Assembly: GCA_964016885.1 (NCBI GenBank)
Contig: OZ024741.1
Location: forward strand, 254,386,001-254,450,000
DNA: 64,000 nt
Source: Eledone cirrhosa
Lineage: Eukaryota
Direction of reading: 5' to 3'
Shown in pieces: positions 46,401-60,900 of the stretch (positions within the stretch are counted from its first letter, which is position 1; each line of letters opens with the position of its first letter). The position numbers and the translations under genes are program-made. Below the pieces are notes generated by a model. It was not told the DNA's origin and searched no databases. It was given only the letters and a program-made list of their open reading frames with translations.

Positions 46401-49400
46401 GGAACTGACACAGAAAACAGCAACAGTAACAACAACTCTGGCACTGACACAGAAAACAGCAACAACAACAACACTGGCACTGACAGTGAAAATAGCAACA
46501 GCAACAACACTGGCACTGACAGTGAAAATAGCAACAGCAACAACACTGGCACTGACAGTGAAAATAGCAACAGCAACAACACTGGCACTGACAGAGAAAA
46601 CAGCAACAACAACAACACTGGCACTGACACAGAAAACAGCAACAACAACAACACTGGTACTGACAGAGAAAACAGCAACAACTATAACACTGGCACTGAC
46701 AGAGAAAGCAGCAACAACAACAACAACACTGGCACTGACAGAGAAAACAGCAACAACTACAACAACACTGGCACTGACACAGAAAACAACAACAACTACA
46801 ACAACACTGGCACTGACAGAGAAAACAGCAACAACTACAACAACACTGGCACTGACAGAGAAAACAGCAACAACAGCAACAACACTGGCACTGACACAGA
46901 AAACAGCAACAACTACAACAACACTGGCACTGGCAGAGAAAACAGCAACAACTACAACAACACTGGCACTGACAGAGAAAACAGCAACAACTACAACAAC
47001 ACTGGCACTGACACAGAAAACAGCAACAACTACAACAACACTGGCACTGACACAGAAAACAGCAACAACTTCAACAACACTGGCACTGACAGAGAAAACA
47101 GCAACAACAACAACACTGGCACTGACACAGAAAACAGCAACAACTACAACAACACTGGCACTGACAGAGAAAACAGCAACAACTACAACAACACTGGCAC
47201 TGACAGAGAAAACAGCAACAACTACAACAACACTGGCACTGACACAGAAAACAGCAACAACTACAACAACACTGGCACTGACACAGAAAACAGCAACAAC
47301 AACAACAACACTGGCACTGACACAGAAAACAGCAACAACAACAACACTGGCACTGACACAGAAAACAGCAACAAGTACAACAACACTGGCACTGACAGAG
47401 AAAACAGCAACAACTACAACACTGGCACTGACAGAGAAAACAGCAACAACAACAACACTGGCACTGACAGAGAAAACAGCAACAACTACAACAACACTGG
47501 CACTGACACAGAAAACAGCAACAACAACAACACTGGAACTGACACAGAAAACAGCAACAGCAATAACAACAACAACACTGGCACTGACAGAGAAAACAGC
47601 AACAACTACAACACTGGCACTGACAGAGAAAACACAACAACAACAACAACACTGGCACTGACAGAGAAAACAGCAACAACTACAACAACACTGGCACTGA
47701 CACAGAAAACAGCAACAACTACAACAAAACTGGCACTGACAGAGAAAACAGCAACAACTACAACAACACTGGCACTGACAGAGAAAACAGCAACAACAAC
47801 AACACTGGCACTGACAGAGAAAACAGCAACAACTACAACAACACTGGCACTGACACAGAAAACAGCAACAACTACAACAACACTGGCACTGACAGAGAAA
47901 ACAGCAACAACAACAACACTGGCACTGACACAGAAAACAGCAACAACTACAACAACACTGGCACTGACGCAGAAAACAGCAACAACACTGGCACTGACAG
48001 AGAAAACAGCAACAACTACAACGACACTGGCACTGACAGAGAAAACAGCAACAACAACAACACTGGCACTGACACAGAAAACAGCAACAACTACAACAAC
48101 ACTGACACTGACAGAGAAAACAGCAACAACTACAACAACACTGGCACTGACAGAGAAAACAGCAACAGCAACAACACTGGCACTGACACAGAAAACAGCA
48201 ACAACAGCAACAACAACACTGGCACTGACACAGAAAACAGCAACCACAACAACACTGGCACTGACAGAGTAAACAGCAACAACAACACTGGCACTGACAG
48301 AGAAAACAGCAACAACAACAACACTGGCACTGACACAGAAAACAGCAACAACAACAGTGGCACTGACACAGAAAACAGCAACAACTACAACAACACTGGC
48401 ACTGACAGAGAAAACAGCAACAACAACAACACTGGCACTGATACAGAAAACAGAAACAACTACAACAACACTGGCACTGACAGAGAAAGCAGCAACAACT
48501 ACAACAAAACTGGCACTGACAGAGAAAACAGCAACAGCAACAACACTGGCACTGACACAGAAAACAGCAACAACTACAACAACACTGGCACTGACACAGA
48601 AAACAGCAACAACAACACTGGCACTGATAGAGAAAACAGCAACAACAACAACACTGGCACTGACAGAGAAAACAGCAACAACAACAACACCGGCACTGAC
48701 ACAAAAAACAGCAACAACTACAACAACACTGGCACGGAAAACAGCAACAACAGCAACAACAACACTGGCACTGACACAGAAAACAGCAACAACAGCAACA
48801 ACAACACTGGCACTGACACAGAAAACAGCAACAACAACAACACTGGCACTGACAGAGAAAACAGCAACAACAACACTGGCACTGACAGAGAAAACAGCAA
48901 CAACAACACTGGCACTGACACAGAAAACAGCAACAACAACAGTGGCACTGACACAGAAAACAGCAACAACTACAACAACACTGGCACTGACAGAGAAAAC
49001 AGCAACAACAACAACACTGGCACTGATACAGAAAACAGAAACAACTACAACAACACTGGCACTGACAGAGAAAGCAGCAACAACTACAACAACACTGGCA
49101 CTGACAGAGAAAACAGCAACAACACTGGCACTGACACAGAAAACAGCAACAACTACAACAACACTGGCACTGACACAGAAAACAGCAACAACAGCAACAA
49201 CAACAACACTGGCACTGGCACAGAAAACAGCAACAACTTCAACAACACTGGCACTGACAGAGAAAACAGCAACAACAACAACACTGGCACTGATAGAGAA
49301 AACAGCAACAACAACAACACTGGCACTGACAGAGAAAACAGCAACAACAACAACACCGGCACTGACACAGAAAACAGCAACAACTACAACAACACTGGCA

Positions 49401-49750
49401 CTGACACAGAAAACAGCAACAACTACAACAACACTGGCATTGACAGAGAAAACAGCAACAACTACAACAACACTGGCACTGACACAGAAAACAGCAACAA
49501 CTACAACAAAACTGGCACTGACAGAGAAAACAGCAACAACTACAACAACACTGGCACTGACAGAGAAAACAGCAACAACAACAACACTGGCACTGACAGA
49601 GAAAACAGCAACAACTACAACAACACTGGCACTGACACAGAAAAGAACAACAACTACAACAACACTGGCACTGACAGAGAAAACAGCAACAACAACAACA
49701 CTGGCACTGACACAGAAAACAGCAACAACTACAACAACACTGGCACTGAC
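28500..49750 (+). repeat. Largest higher-order tandem duplication: ~11.6 kb copy (~28.5-40.1 kb) and ~9.6 kb copy (~40.1-49.75 kb)
   Basis: Offsets 11575 (28877/40452, 29559/41134), 11572 (31700/43272), then 9697 (33697/43394), 9661 (34817/44478) and 9631 (36485/46116, 38030/47661, 39608/49239). The 1875-bp drop equals the internal duplication found only in the left copy. Confidence 0.93.
30290..34050 (+). repeat. Nested tandem duplication, period 1875 bp, inside the left copy of the large block
   Basis: Identical ORFs 30316/32191; TAA stops ending 31700/33575; private variants AGCATCAAC, CTGCAACTG, GACAATGAAAAT and GTCACTGCTACA occur twice here and once in the right copy. Confidence 0.9.
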
Positions 49751-52099
49751 AGAGAAAACAGCAACAACTACAACAACACTGGCACTCACAGAGAAAACAG
49801 CAACAACTACAACAACACTGGCACTGACACAGAAAACAGCAACAACTACAACAACACTGGCACTGACGCAGAAAACAGCAACAACACTGGCACTGACAGA
49901 GAAAACAGCAACAACTACAACGACACTGGCACTGACAGAGAAAACAGCAACAACAACACTGGCACTGACACAGAAAACAGCAACAACTACAACAACACTG
50001 GCACTGACAGAGAAAACAGCAACAACTACAACAACACTGGCACTGACAGAGAAAACAGCAACAGCAACAACACTGGCACTGACACAGAAAACAGCAACAA
50101 CAGCAACAACAACACTGGCACTGACACAGAAAACAGCAACAACAGCAACAACAACACTGGCACTGACACAGAAAACAGCAACAACAACAACACTGGCACT
50201 GACAGAGTAAACAGCAACAACAACACTGGCACTGGCAGAGAAAACAGCAACAACAACAACACTGGCACTGACACAGAAAACAGCAACAACAACAGTGGCA
50301 CTGACACAGAAAACAGCAACAACTACAACAACACTGGCACTGACAGAGAAAACAGCAACAACAACAACACTGGCACTGATACAGAAAACAGAAACAACTA
50401 CAACAACACTGGCACTGACAGAGAAAGCAGCAACAACTACAACAAAACTGGCACTGACAGAGAAAACAGCAACAACAACAACACTGGCACTGACACAGAA
50501 AACAGCAACAACTACAACAACACTGGCACTGACACAGAAAACAGCAACAACAACACTGGCACTGATAGAGAAAACAGTAACAACAACAACACTGGCACTG
50601 ACAGAGAAAACAGCAAGAACAACAACACCGGCACTGACACAAAAAACAGCAACAACTACAACAACACTGGCACGGAAAACAGCAACAACAGCAACAACAA
50701 CACTGGCACTGACACAGAAAACAGCAACAACAGCAACAACAACACTGGCACTGACACAGAAAACAGCAACAACAACAACACTGGCACTGACAGAGAAAAC
50801 AGCAACAACAACACTGGCACTGACAGAGAAAACAGCAACAACAACACTGGCACTGACACAGAAAACAGCAACAACAACAGTGGCACTGACACAGAAAACA
50901 GCAACAACTACAACAACACTGACAGAGAAAACAGCAACAACAACAACACTGGCACTGATACAGAAAACAGAAACAACTACAACAACACTGGCACTGACAG
51001 AGAAAGCAGCAACAACTACAACAACACTGGCACTGACAGAGAAAACAGCAACAACACTGGCACTGACACAGAAAACAGCAACAACTACAACAACACTGGC
51101 ACTGACAGAGAAAACAGCAACAACTACAACAATACTGGCACTGACAGAGAAAACAGCAACAACTACAACAACACTGGCACTGACACAGAAAACAGCAACA
51201 ACTACAACAACACTGGCACTGACACAGAAAACAGCAACAACTACAACATCACTGGCACTGACACAGAAAACAGCAACAACTACAACAACACTGGCACTGA
51301 CAGAGAAAACAGCAACAACTACAACAACACTGGCACTGACAGAGAAAACTGCAACAACAACAACACCGGCACTGACACAGAAAACAGCAACAACTACAAC
51401 AACACTGGCACTGACACAGAAAACAGCAACAACTACAACAACACTGGCACTGACACAGAAAACAGCAACAACTTCAACAACACTGGCACTGACAGAGAAA
51501 ACAGCAACAACAACAACACTGGCACTGACACAGAAAACAGCAACAACTACAACAACACTGGCACTGACAGAGAAAACAGCAACAACTACAACAACACTGG
51601 CACTGACAGAGAAAACAGCAACAACTACAACAACACTGGCACTGACACAGAAAACAGCAACAACACTGGCACTGACAGAGAAAACAGCAACAACTACAAC
51701 AACACTGGCACTGACAGAGAAAACAGCAACAGCGACAACACTGTCACTGGTATAGAAAACAGAAACAACTACAACAACACTGGCACTGACAGAGAATGCA
51801 GCAACAACTACAACAACACTGGCACTGACAGAGAAAACAGCAACAACACTGGCACTGACACAGAAAACAGCAACAACTACAACAACACTGGCACTGACAG
51901 AGAAAACAGCAACAACTACAACAATACTGGCACTGACAGAGAAAACAGCAACAACTACAACAACACTGGCCCTGACACAGAAAACAGCAACAACTACAAC
52001 AACACTGGCACTGACACAGAAAACAGCAACAACTACAACAACACTGGCACTGACACAGAAAACAGCAACAACAGCAACAACCGTGGCACTGACACAGAA

Positions 52100-55000
52100 A
52101 ACAGCAACAACAGCAACAATAACACTGGCACTGGCACAAAAAACAGCAACAGCAACACTGGAACTTACACAGAAAACAGCAACAGTAACAACAACTCTGG
52201 CACTGACACAGAAAACAGCAACAGCAACAACACTGGCACTGGCAGTGAAAATAGCAACAGCAACAACACTGGCACTGACAGTGAAAATAGCAACAGCAAC
52301 AACACTGGCACTGACAGAGAAAACAGCAACAACAACAACACTGGCACTGACACAGAAAACAGCAACAACAACAACACTGGTACTGACAGAGAAAACAGCA
52401 ACAACTACAACACTGGCACTGACAGAGAAAGCAGCAACAACAACAACAACACTGGCACTGACAGAGAAAACAGCAACAACTACAACAACACTGGCACTGA
52501 CACAGAAAACAACAACAACTACAACAACACTGGCACTGACAGAGAAAACAGCAACAACTACAACAACACTGGCACTGACAGAGAAAACAGCAACAACAGC
52601 AACAACACTGGCACTGACACAGAAAACAGCAACAACTACAACAACACTGGCACTGGCAGAGAAAACAGCAACAACTACAACAACACTGGCACTGACAGAG
52701 AAAACAGCAACAACTACAACAACACTGGCACTGACACAGAAAACAGCAACAACTACAACAACACTGGCACTGACACAGAAAACAGCAACAACTTCAACAA
52801 CACTGGCACTGACAGAGAAAACAGCAACAACAACAACACTGGCACTGACAGAGAAAACAGCAACAACAACAACACTGGCACTGACAGAGAAAACAGCAAC
52901 AACTACAACAACACTGGCACTGACAGAGAAAACAGCAACAACTACAACAACACTGGCACTGACACAGAAAACAGCAACAACTACAACACTGGCACTGACA
53001 CAGAAAACAGCAACAACAACAACAACACTGGCACTGACACAGAAAACAGCAACAACAACAACACTGGCACTGACACAGAAAACAGCAACAACAACAACAC
53101 TGGCACTGACACAGAAAACAGCAACAATTACAACAACACTGGCACTGACAGAGAAAACAGCAACAACTACAACACTGGCACTGACAGAGAAAACAGCAAC
53201 AACTACAACAACACTGGCACTGACACAGAAAACAGCAATAACAACAACACTGGCACTGACACAGAAAACAGCAACAGCAACAACAACAACAACACTGGCA
53301 CTGACAGAGAAAACAGCAACAACTACAACACTGGCACTGACAGAGAAAACACAACAACAACAACAACACTGGCACTGACAGAGAAAACAGCAACAACTAC
53401 AACAACACTGGCACTGACACAGAAAACAACAACAACTACAACAAAACTGGCACTGACAGAGAAAACAGCAACAACTACAACAACACTGGCACTGACTGAG
53501 AAAACAGCAACAACAACAACACTGGCACTGACAGAGAAAACAGCAACAACTACAACAACACTGGCACTGACACAGAAAACAGCAACAACTACAACAACAC
53601 TGGCACTGACAGAGAAAACAGCAACAACAACAACACTGGCACTGACACAGAAAACAGCAACAACTACAACAACACTGGCACTGACAGAGAAAACAGCAAC
53701 AACTACAACAACACTGGCACTCACAGAGAAAACAGCAACAACTACAACAACACTGGCACTGACACAGAAAACAGCAACAACTACAACAACACTGGCACTG
53801 ACTCAGAAAACAGCAACAACACTGGCACTGACAGAGAAAACAGCAACAACTACAACAACACTGGCACTGACAGAGAAAACAGCAACAACAACAACACTGG
53901 CACTGACACAGAAAACAGCAACAACTACAACAACACTGGCACTGACAGAGAAAACAGCAACAACTACAACAACACTGGCACTGACACAGAAAACAGCAAC
54001 AACAGCAACAACAACACTGGCACTGACACAGAAAACAGCAACAACAGCAACAACAACACTGGCACTGACACAGAAAACAGCAACAACAGCAACAATAACA
54101 CTGGCACTGGCACAAAAAACAGCAACAGCAACACTGGAACTTACACAGAAAACAGCAACAGTAACAACAACTCTGGCACTGACACAGAAAACAGCAACAG
54201 CAACAACACTGGCACTGGCAGTGAAAATAGCAACAGCAACAACACTGGCACTGACAGTGAAAATAGCAACAGCAACAACACTGGCACTGACAGAGAAAAC
54301 AGCAACAACAACAACACTGGCACTGACACAGAAAACAGCAACAACAACAACACTGGTACTGACAGAGAAAACAGCAACAACTACAACACTGGCACTGACA
54401 GAGAAAGCAGCAACAACAACAACAACACTGGCACTGACAGAGAAAACAGCAACAACTACAACAACACTGGCACTGACACAGAAAACAACAACAACTACAA
54501 CAACACTGGCACTGACAGAGAAAACAGCAACAACTACAACAACACTGGCACTGACAGAGAAAACAGCAACAACAGCAACAACACTGGCACTGACACAGAA
54601 AACAGCAACAACTACAACAACACTGGCACTGGCAGAGAAAACAGCAACAACTACAACAACACTGGCACTGACAGAGAAAACAGCAACAACTACAACAACA
54701 CTGGCACTGACACAGAAAACAGCAACAACTACAACAACACTGGCACTGACACAGAAAACAGCAACAACTTCAACAACACTGGCACTGACAGAGAAAACAG
54801 CAACAACAACAACACTGGCACTGACAGAGAAAACAGCAACAACAACAACACTGGCACTGACAGAGAAAACAGCAACAACTACAACAACACTGGCACTGAC
54901 AGAGAAAACAGCAACAACTACAACAACACTGGCACTGACACAGAAAACAGCAACAACTACAACACTGGCACTGACACAGAAAACAGCAACAACAACAACA

Positions 55001-56050
55001 ACACTGGCACTGACACAGAAAACAGCAACAACAACAACACTGGCACTGACACAGAAAACAGCAACAACAACAACACTGGCACTGACACAGAAAACAGCAA
55101 CAATTACAACAACACTGGCACTGACAGAGAAAACAGCAACAACTACAACACTGGCACTGACAGAGAAAACAGCAACAACTACAACAACACTGGCACTGAC
55201 ACAGAAAACAGCAATAACAACAACACTGGCACTGACACAGAAAACAGCAACAGCAACAACAACAACAACACTGGCACTGACAGAGAAAACAGCAACAACT
55301 ACAACACTGGCACTGACAGAGAAAACACAACAACAACAACAACACTGGCACTGACAGAGAAAACAGCAACAACTACAACAACACTGGCACTGACACAGAA
55401 AACAACAACAACTACAACAAAACTGGCACTGACAGAGAAAACAGCAACAACTACAACAACACTGGCACTGACTGAGAAAACAGCAACAACAACAACACTG
55501 GCACTGACAGAGAAAACAGCAACAACTACAACAACACTGGCACTGACACAGAAAACAGCAACAACTACAACAACACTGGCACTGACAGAGAAAACAGCAA
55601 CAACAACAACACTGGCACTGACACAGAAAACAGCAACAACTACAACAACACTGGCACTGACAGAGAAAACAGCAACAACTACAACAACACTGGCACTCAC
55701 AGAGAAAACAGCAACAACTACAACAACACTGGCACTGACACAGAAAACAGCAACAACTACAACAACACTGGCACTGACTCAGAAAACAGCAACAACACTG
55801 GCACTGACAGAGAAAACAGCAACAACTACAACAACACTGGCACTGACAGAGAAAACAGCAACAACAACAACACTGGCACTGACACAGAAAACAGCAACAA
55901 CTACAACAACACTGGCACTGACAGAGAAAACAGCAACAACTACAACAACACTGGCACTGACACAGAAAACAGCAACAACAGCAACAACAACACTGGCACT
56001 GACACAGAAAACAGCAACAACAGCAACAACAACACTGGCACTGACACAGA
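52100..56050 (+). repeat. Higher-order tandem duplication, period 1976 bp
   Basis: Identical ORFs 52165/54141, 52794/54770, 53323/55299; frameshift monomer 53349/55325; GAC-TGA stop 53497/55473. Confidence 0.92.
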
Positions 56051-57970
56051 AAACAGCAACTACAACAACACTGGCACTGACACAGAAAACAGCAACAACA
56101 ACACTGGCACTGATAGAGAAAACAGCAACAACAACAACACTGGCACTGACAGAGAAAACAGCAACAACAACAACACCGGCACTGACACAAAAAACAGCAA
56201 CAACTACAACAACACTGGCACGGAAAACAGCAACAACAGCAACAACAACACTGGCACTGACACAGAAAACAGCAACAACAGCAACAACAACACTGGCACT
56301 GACACAGAAAACAGCAACAACAACAACACTGGCACTGACAGAGAAAACAGCAACAACAACACTGGCACTGACAGAGAAAACAGCAACAACAACACTGGCA
56401 CTGACACAGAAAACAGCAACAACAACAGTGGCACTGACACAGAAAACAGCAACAACTACAACAACACTGACAGAGAAAACAGCAACAACAACAACACTGG
56501 CACTGATACAGAAAACAGAAACAACTACAACAACACTGGCACTGACAGAGAAAGCAGCAACAACTACAACAACACTGGCACTGACAGAGAAAACAGCAAC
56601 AACACTGGCACTGACACAGAAAACAGCAACAACTACAACAACACTGGCACTGACAGAGAAAACAGCAACAACTACAACACTGGCACTGACAGAGAAAACA
56701 CAACAACAACAACAACAACACTGGCACTGACAGAGAAAACAGCAACAACTACAACAACACTGGCACTGACACAGAAAACAACAACAACTACAACAAAACT
56801 GGCACTGACAGAGAAAACAGCAACAACTACAACAACACTGGCACTGACTGAGAAAACAGCAACAACAACAACACTGGCACTGACAGAGAAAACAGCAACA
56901 ACTACAACAACACTGGCACTGACACAGAAAACAGCAACAACTACAACAACACTGGCACTGACAGAGAAAACAGCAACAACAACAACACTGGCACTGACAC
57001 AGAAAACAGCAACAACTACAACAACACTGGCACTGACAGAGAAAACAGCAACAACTACAACAACACTGGCACTCACAGAGAAAACAGCAACAACTACAAC
57101 AACACTGGCACTGACACAGAAAACAGCAACAACTACAACAACACTGGCACTGACTCAGAAAACAGCAACAACACTGGCACTGACAGAGAAAACAGCAACA
57201 ACTACAACAACACTGGCACTGACAGAGAAAACAGCAACAACAACAACACTGGCACTGACACAGAAAACAGCAACAACTACAACAACACTGGCACTGACAG
57301 AGAAAACAGCAACAACTACAACAACACTGGCACTGACACAGAAAACAGCAACAACAGCAACAACAACACTGGCACTGACACAGAAAACAGCAACAACAGC
57401 AACAACAACACTGGCACTGACACAGAAAACAGCAACTACAACAACACTGGCACTGACACAGAAAACAGCAACAACAACACTGGCACTGATAGAGAAAACA
57501 GCAACAACAACAACACTGGCACTGACAGAGAAAACAGCAACAACAACAACACCGGCACTGACACAAAAAACAGCAACAACTACAACAACACTGGCACGGA
57601 AAACAGCAACAACAGCAACAACAACACTGGCACTGACACAGAAAACAGCAACAACAGCAACAACAACACTGGCACTGACACAGAAAACAGCAACAACAAC
57701 AACACTGGCACTGACAGAGAAAACAGCAACAACAACACTGGCACTGACAGAGAAAACAGCAACAACAACACTGGCACTGACACAGAAAACAGCAACAACA
57801 ACAGTGGCACTGACACAGAAAACAGCAACAACTACAACAACACTGACAGAGAAAACAGCAACAACAACAACACTGGCACTGATACAGAAAACAGAAACAA
57901 CTACAACAACACTGGCACTGACAGAGAAAGCAGCAACAACTACAACAACACTGGCACTGACAGAGAAAAC
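55280..57970 (+). repeat. Higher-order tandem duplication, period ~1376 bp
   Basis: ORF pairs 56204/57580 and 56428/57804; TGA 55473/56849; frameshift monomer 55325/56698. Confidence 0.88.
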
Positions 57971-57999
57971 AGCAAGAAACTACAACAATACTGGCACTG

Positions 58000-60900
58000 A
58001 CAGAGAAAACAGCAACAACTACAACAACACTGGCACTGACACAGAAAACAGCAACAACTACAACAACACTGGCACTGACACAGAAAACAGCAACAACTAC
58101 AACATCACTGGCACTGACACAGAAAACAGCAACAACAACAACACTGGCACTGATAGAGAAAACAGCAACAACAACAACACTGGCACTGACAGAGAAAACA
58201 GCAACAACAACAACACCGGCACTGACACAGAAAACAGCAACAACTACAACAACACTGGCACTGACACAGAAAACAGCAACAACTACAACAACACTGGCAC
58301 TGACACAGAAAACAGCAACAACTTCAACAACACTGGCACTGACAGAGAAAACAGCAACAACAACAACACTGGCACTGACACAGAAAACAGCAACAACTAC
58401 AACAACACTGGCACTGACAGAGAAAACAGCAACAACTACAACAACACTGGCACTGACAGAGAAAACAGCAACAACTACAACAACACTGGCACTGACACAG
58501 AAAACAGCAACAACACTGGCACTGACAGAGAAAACAGCAACAACTACAACAACACTGGCACTGACAGAGAAAACAGCAACAGCGACAACACTGGCACTGA
58601 CACAGAAAACAGCAACAACAGCAACAACAACAACACTGGCACTGGCACAGAAAACAGCAACAACAACAGTGGCACTGACACAGAAAACAGCAACAACTAC
58701 AACAACACTGGCACTGACAGAGAAAACAGCAACAACAACAACACTGTCACTGGTACAGAAAACAGAAACAACTACAACAACACTGGCACTGACAGAGAAT
58801 GCAGCAACAACTACAACAACACTGGCACTGACAGAGAAAACAGCAACAACACTGGCACTGACACAGAAAACAGCAACAACTACAACAACACTGGCACTGA
58901 CAGAGAAAACAGCAACAACTACAACAATACTGGCACTGACAGAGAAAACAGCAACAACTACAACAACACTGGCACTGACACAGAAAACAGCAACAACTAC
59001 AACAACACTGGCACTGACACAGAAAACAGCAACAACTACAACAACACTGGCACTGACACAGAAAAAAGCAACAACAGCAACAACCGTGGCACTGACACAG
59101 AAAACAGCAACAACAGCAACAATAACACTGGCACTGGCACAGAAAACAGCAACAGCAACACTGGAACTTACACAGAAAACAGCAACAGTAACAGCAACTC
59201 TGGCACTGACACAGAAAACAGCAACAACAACAACACTGGCACTGACAGTGAAAATAGCAACAGCAACAACACTGGCACTGACAGTGAAAATAGCAACAGC
59301 AACAACACTGGCACTGACAGAGAAAACAGCAACAACAACAACACTGGCACTGACACAGAAAACAGCAACAACAACAACACTGGTACTGACAGAGAAAACA
59401 GCAACAACTACAACACTGGCACTGACAGAGAAAGCAGCAACAACAACAACAACACTGGCACTGACAGAGAAAACAGCAACAACTACAACAACACTGGCAC
59501 TGACACAGAAAACAACAACAACTACAACAACACTGGCACTGACAGAGAAAACAGCAACAACTACAACAACACTGGCACTGACAGAGAAAACAGCAACAAC
59601 AGCAACAACACTGGCACTGACACAGAAAACAGCAACAACTACAACAACACTGGCACTGGCAGAGAAAACAGCAACAACTACAACAACACTGGCACTGACA
59701 GAGAAAACAGCAACAACTACAACAACACTGGCACTGACACAGAAAACAGCAACAACTACAACAACACTGGCACTGACACAGAAAACAGCAACAACTTCAA
59801 CAACACTGGCACTGACAGAGAAAACAGCAACAACAACAACACTGGCACTGACAGAGAAAACAGCAACAACAACAACACTGGCACTGACAGAGAAAACAGC
59901 AACAACTACAACAACACTGGCACTGACAGAGAAAACAGCAACAACTACAACAACACTGGCACTGACACAGAAAACAGCAACAACTACAACAACACTGGCA
60001 CTGACACAGAAAACAGCAACAACAACAACAACACTGGCACTGACACAGAAAACAGCAACAACAACAACACTGGCACTGACACAGAAAACAGCAACAACAA
60101 CAACACTGGCACTGACACAGAAAACAGCAACAATTACAACAACACTGGCACTGACAGAGAAAACAGCAACAACTACAACACTGGCACTGACAGAGAAAAC
60201 AGCAACAACAACAACACTGGCACTGACAGAGAAAACAGCAACAACTACAACAACACTGGCACTGACACAGAAAACAGCAATAACAACAACACTGGCACTG
60301 ACACAGAAAACAGCAACAGCAACAACAACAACAACACTGGCACTGACAGAGAAAACAGCAACAACTACAACACTGGCACTGACAGAGAAAACACAACAAC
60401 AACAACAACACTGGCACTGACAGAGAAAACAGCAACAACTACAACAACAATGGCACTGACACAGAAAACAACAACAACTACAACAAAACTGGCACTGACA
60501 GAGAAAACAGCAACAACTACAACAACACTGGCACTGACTGAGAAAACAGCAACAACAACAACACTGGCACTGACAGAGAAAACAGCAACAACTACAACAA
60601 CACTGGCACTGACACAGAAAACAGCAACAACTACAACAACACTGGCACTGACAGAGAAAACAGCAACAACAACAACACTGGCACTGACACAGAAAACAGC
60701 AACAACTACAACAACACTGGCACTGACAGAGAAAACAGCAACAACTACAACAACACTGGCACTCACAGAGAAAACAGAAACAACTACAACAACACTGGCA
60801 CTGACACAGAAAACAGCAACAACTACAACAACACTGGCACTGACACAGAAAACAGCAACAACACTGGCACTGACAGAGAAAACAGCAACAACTACAACAA

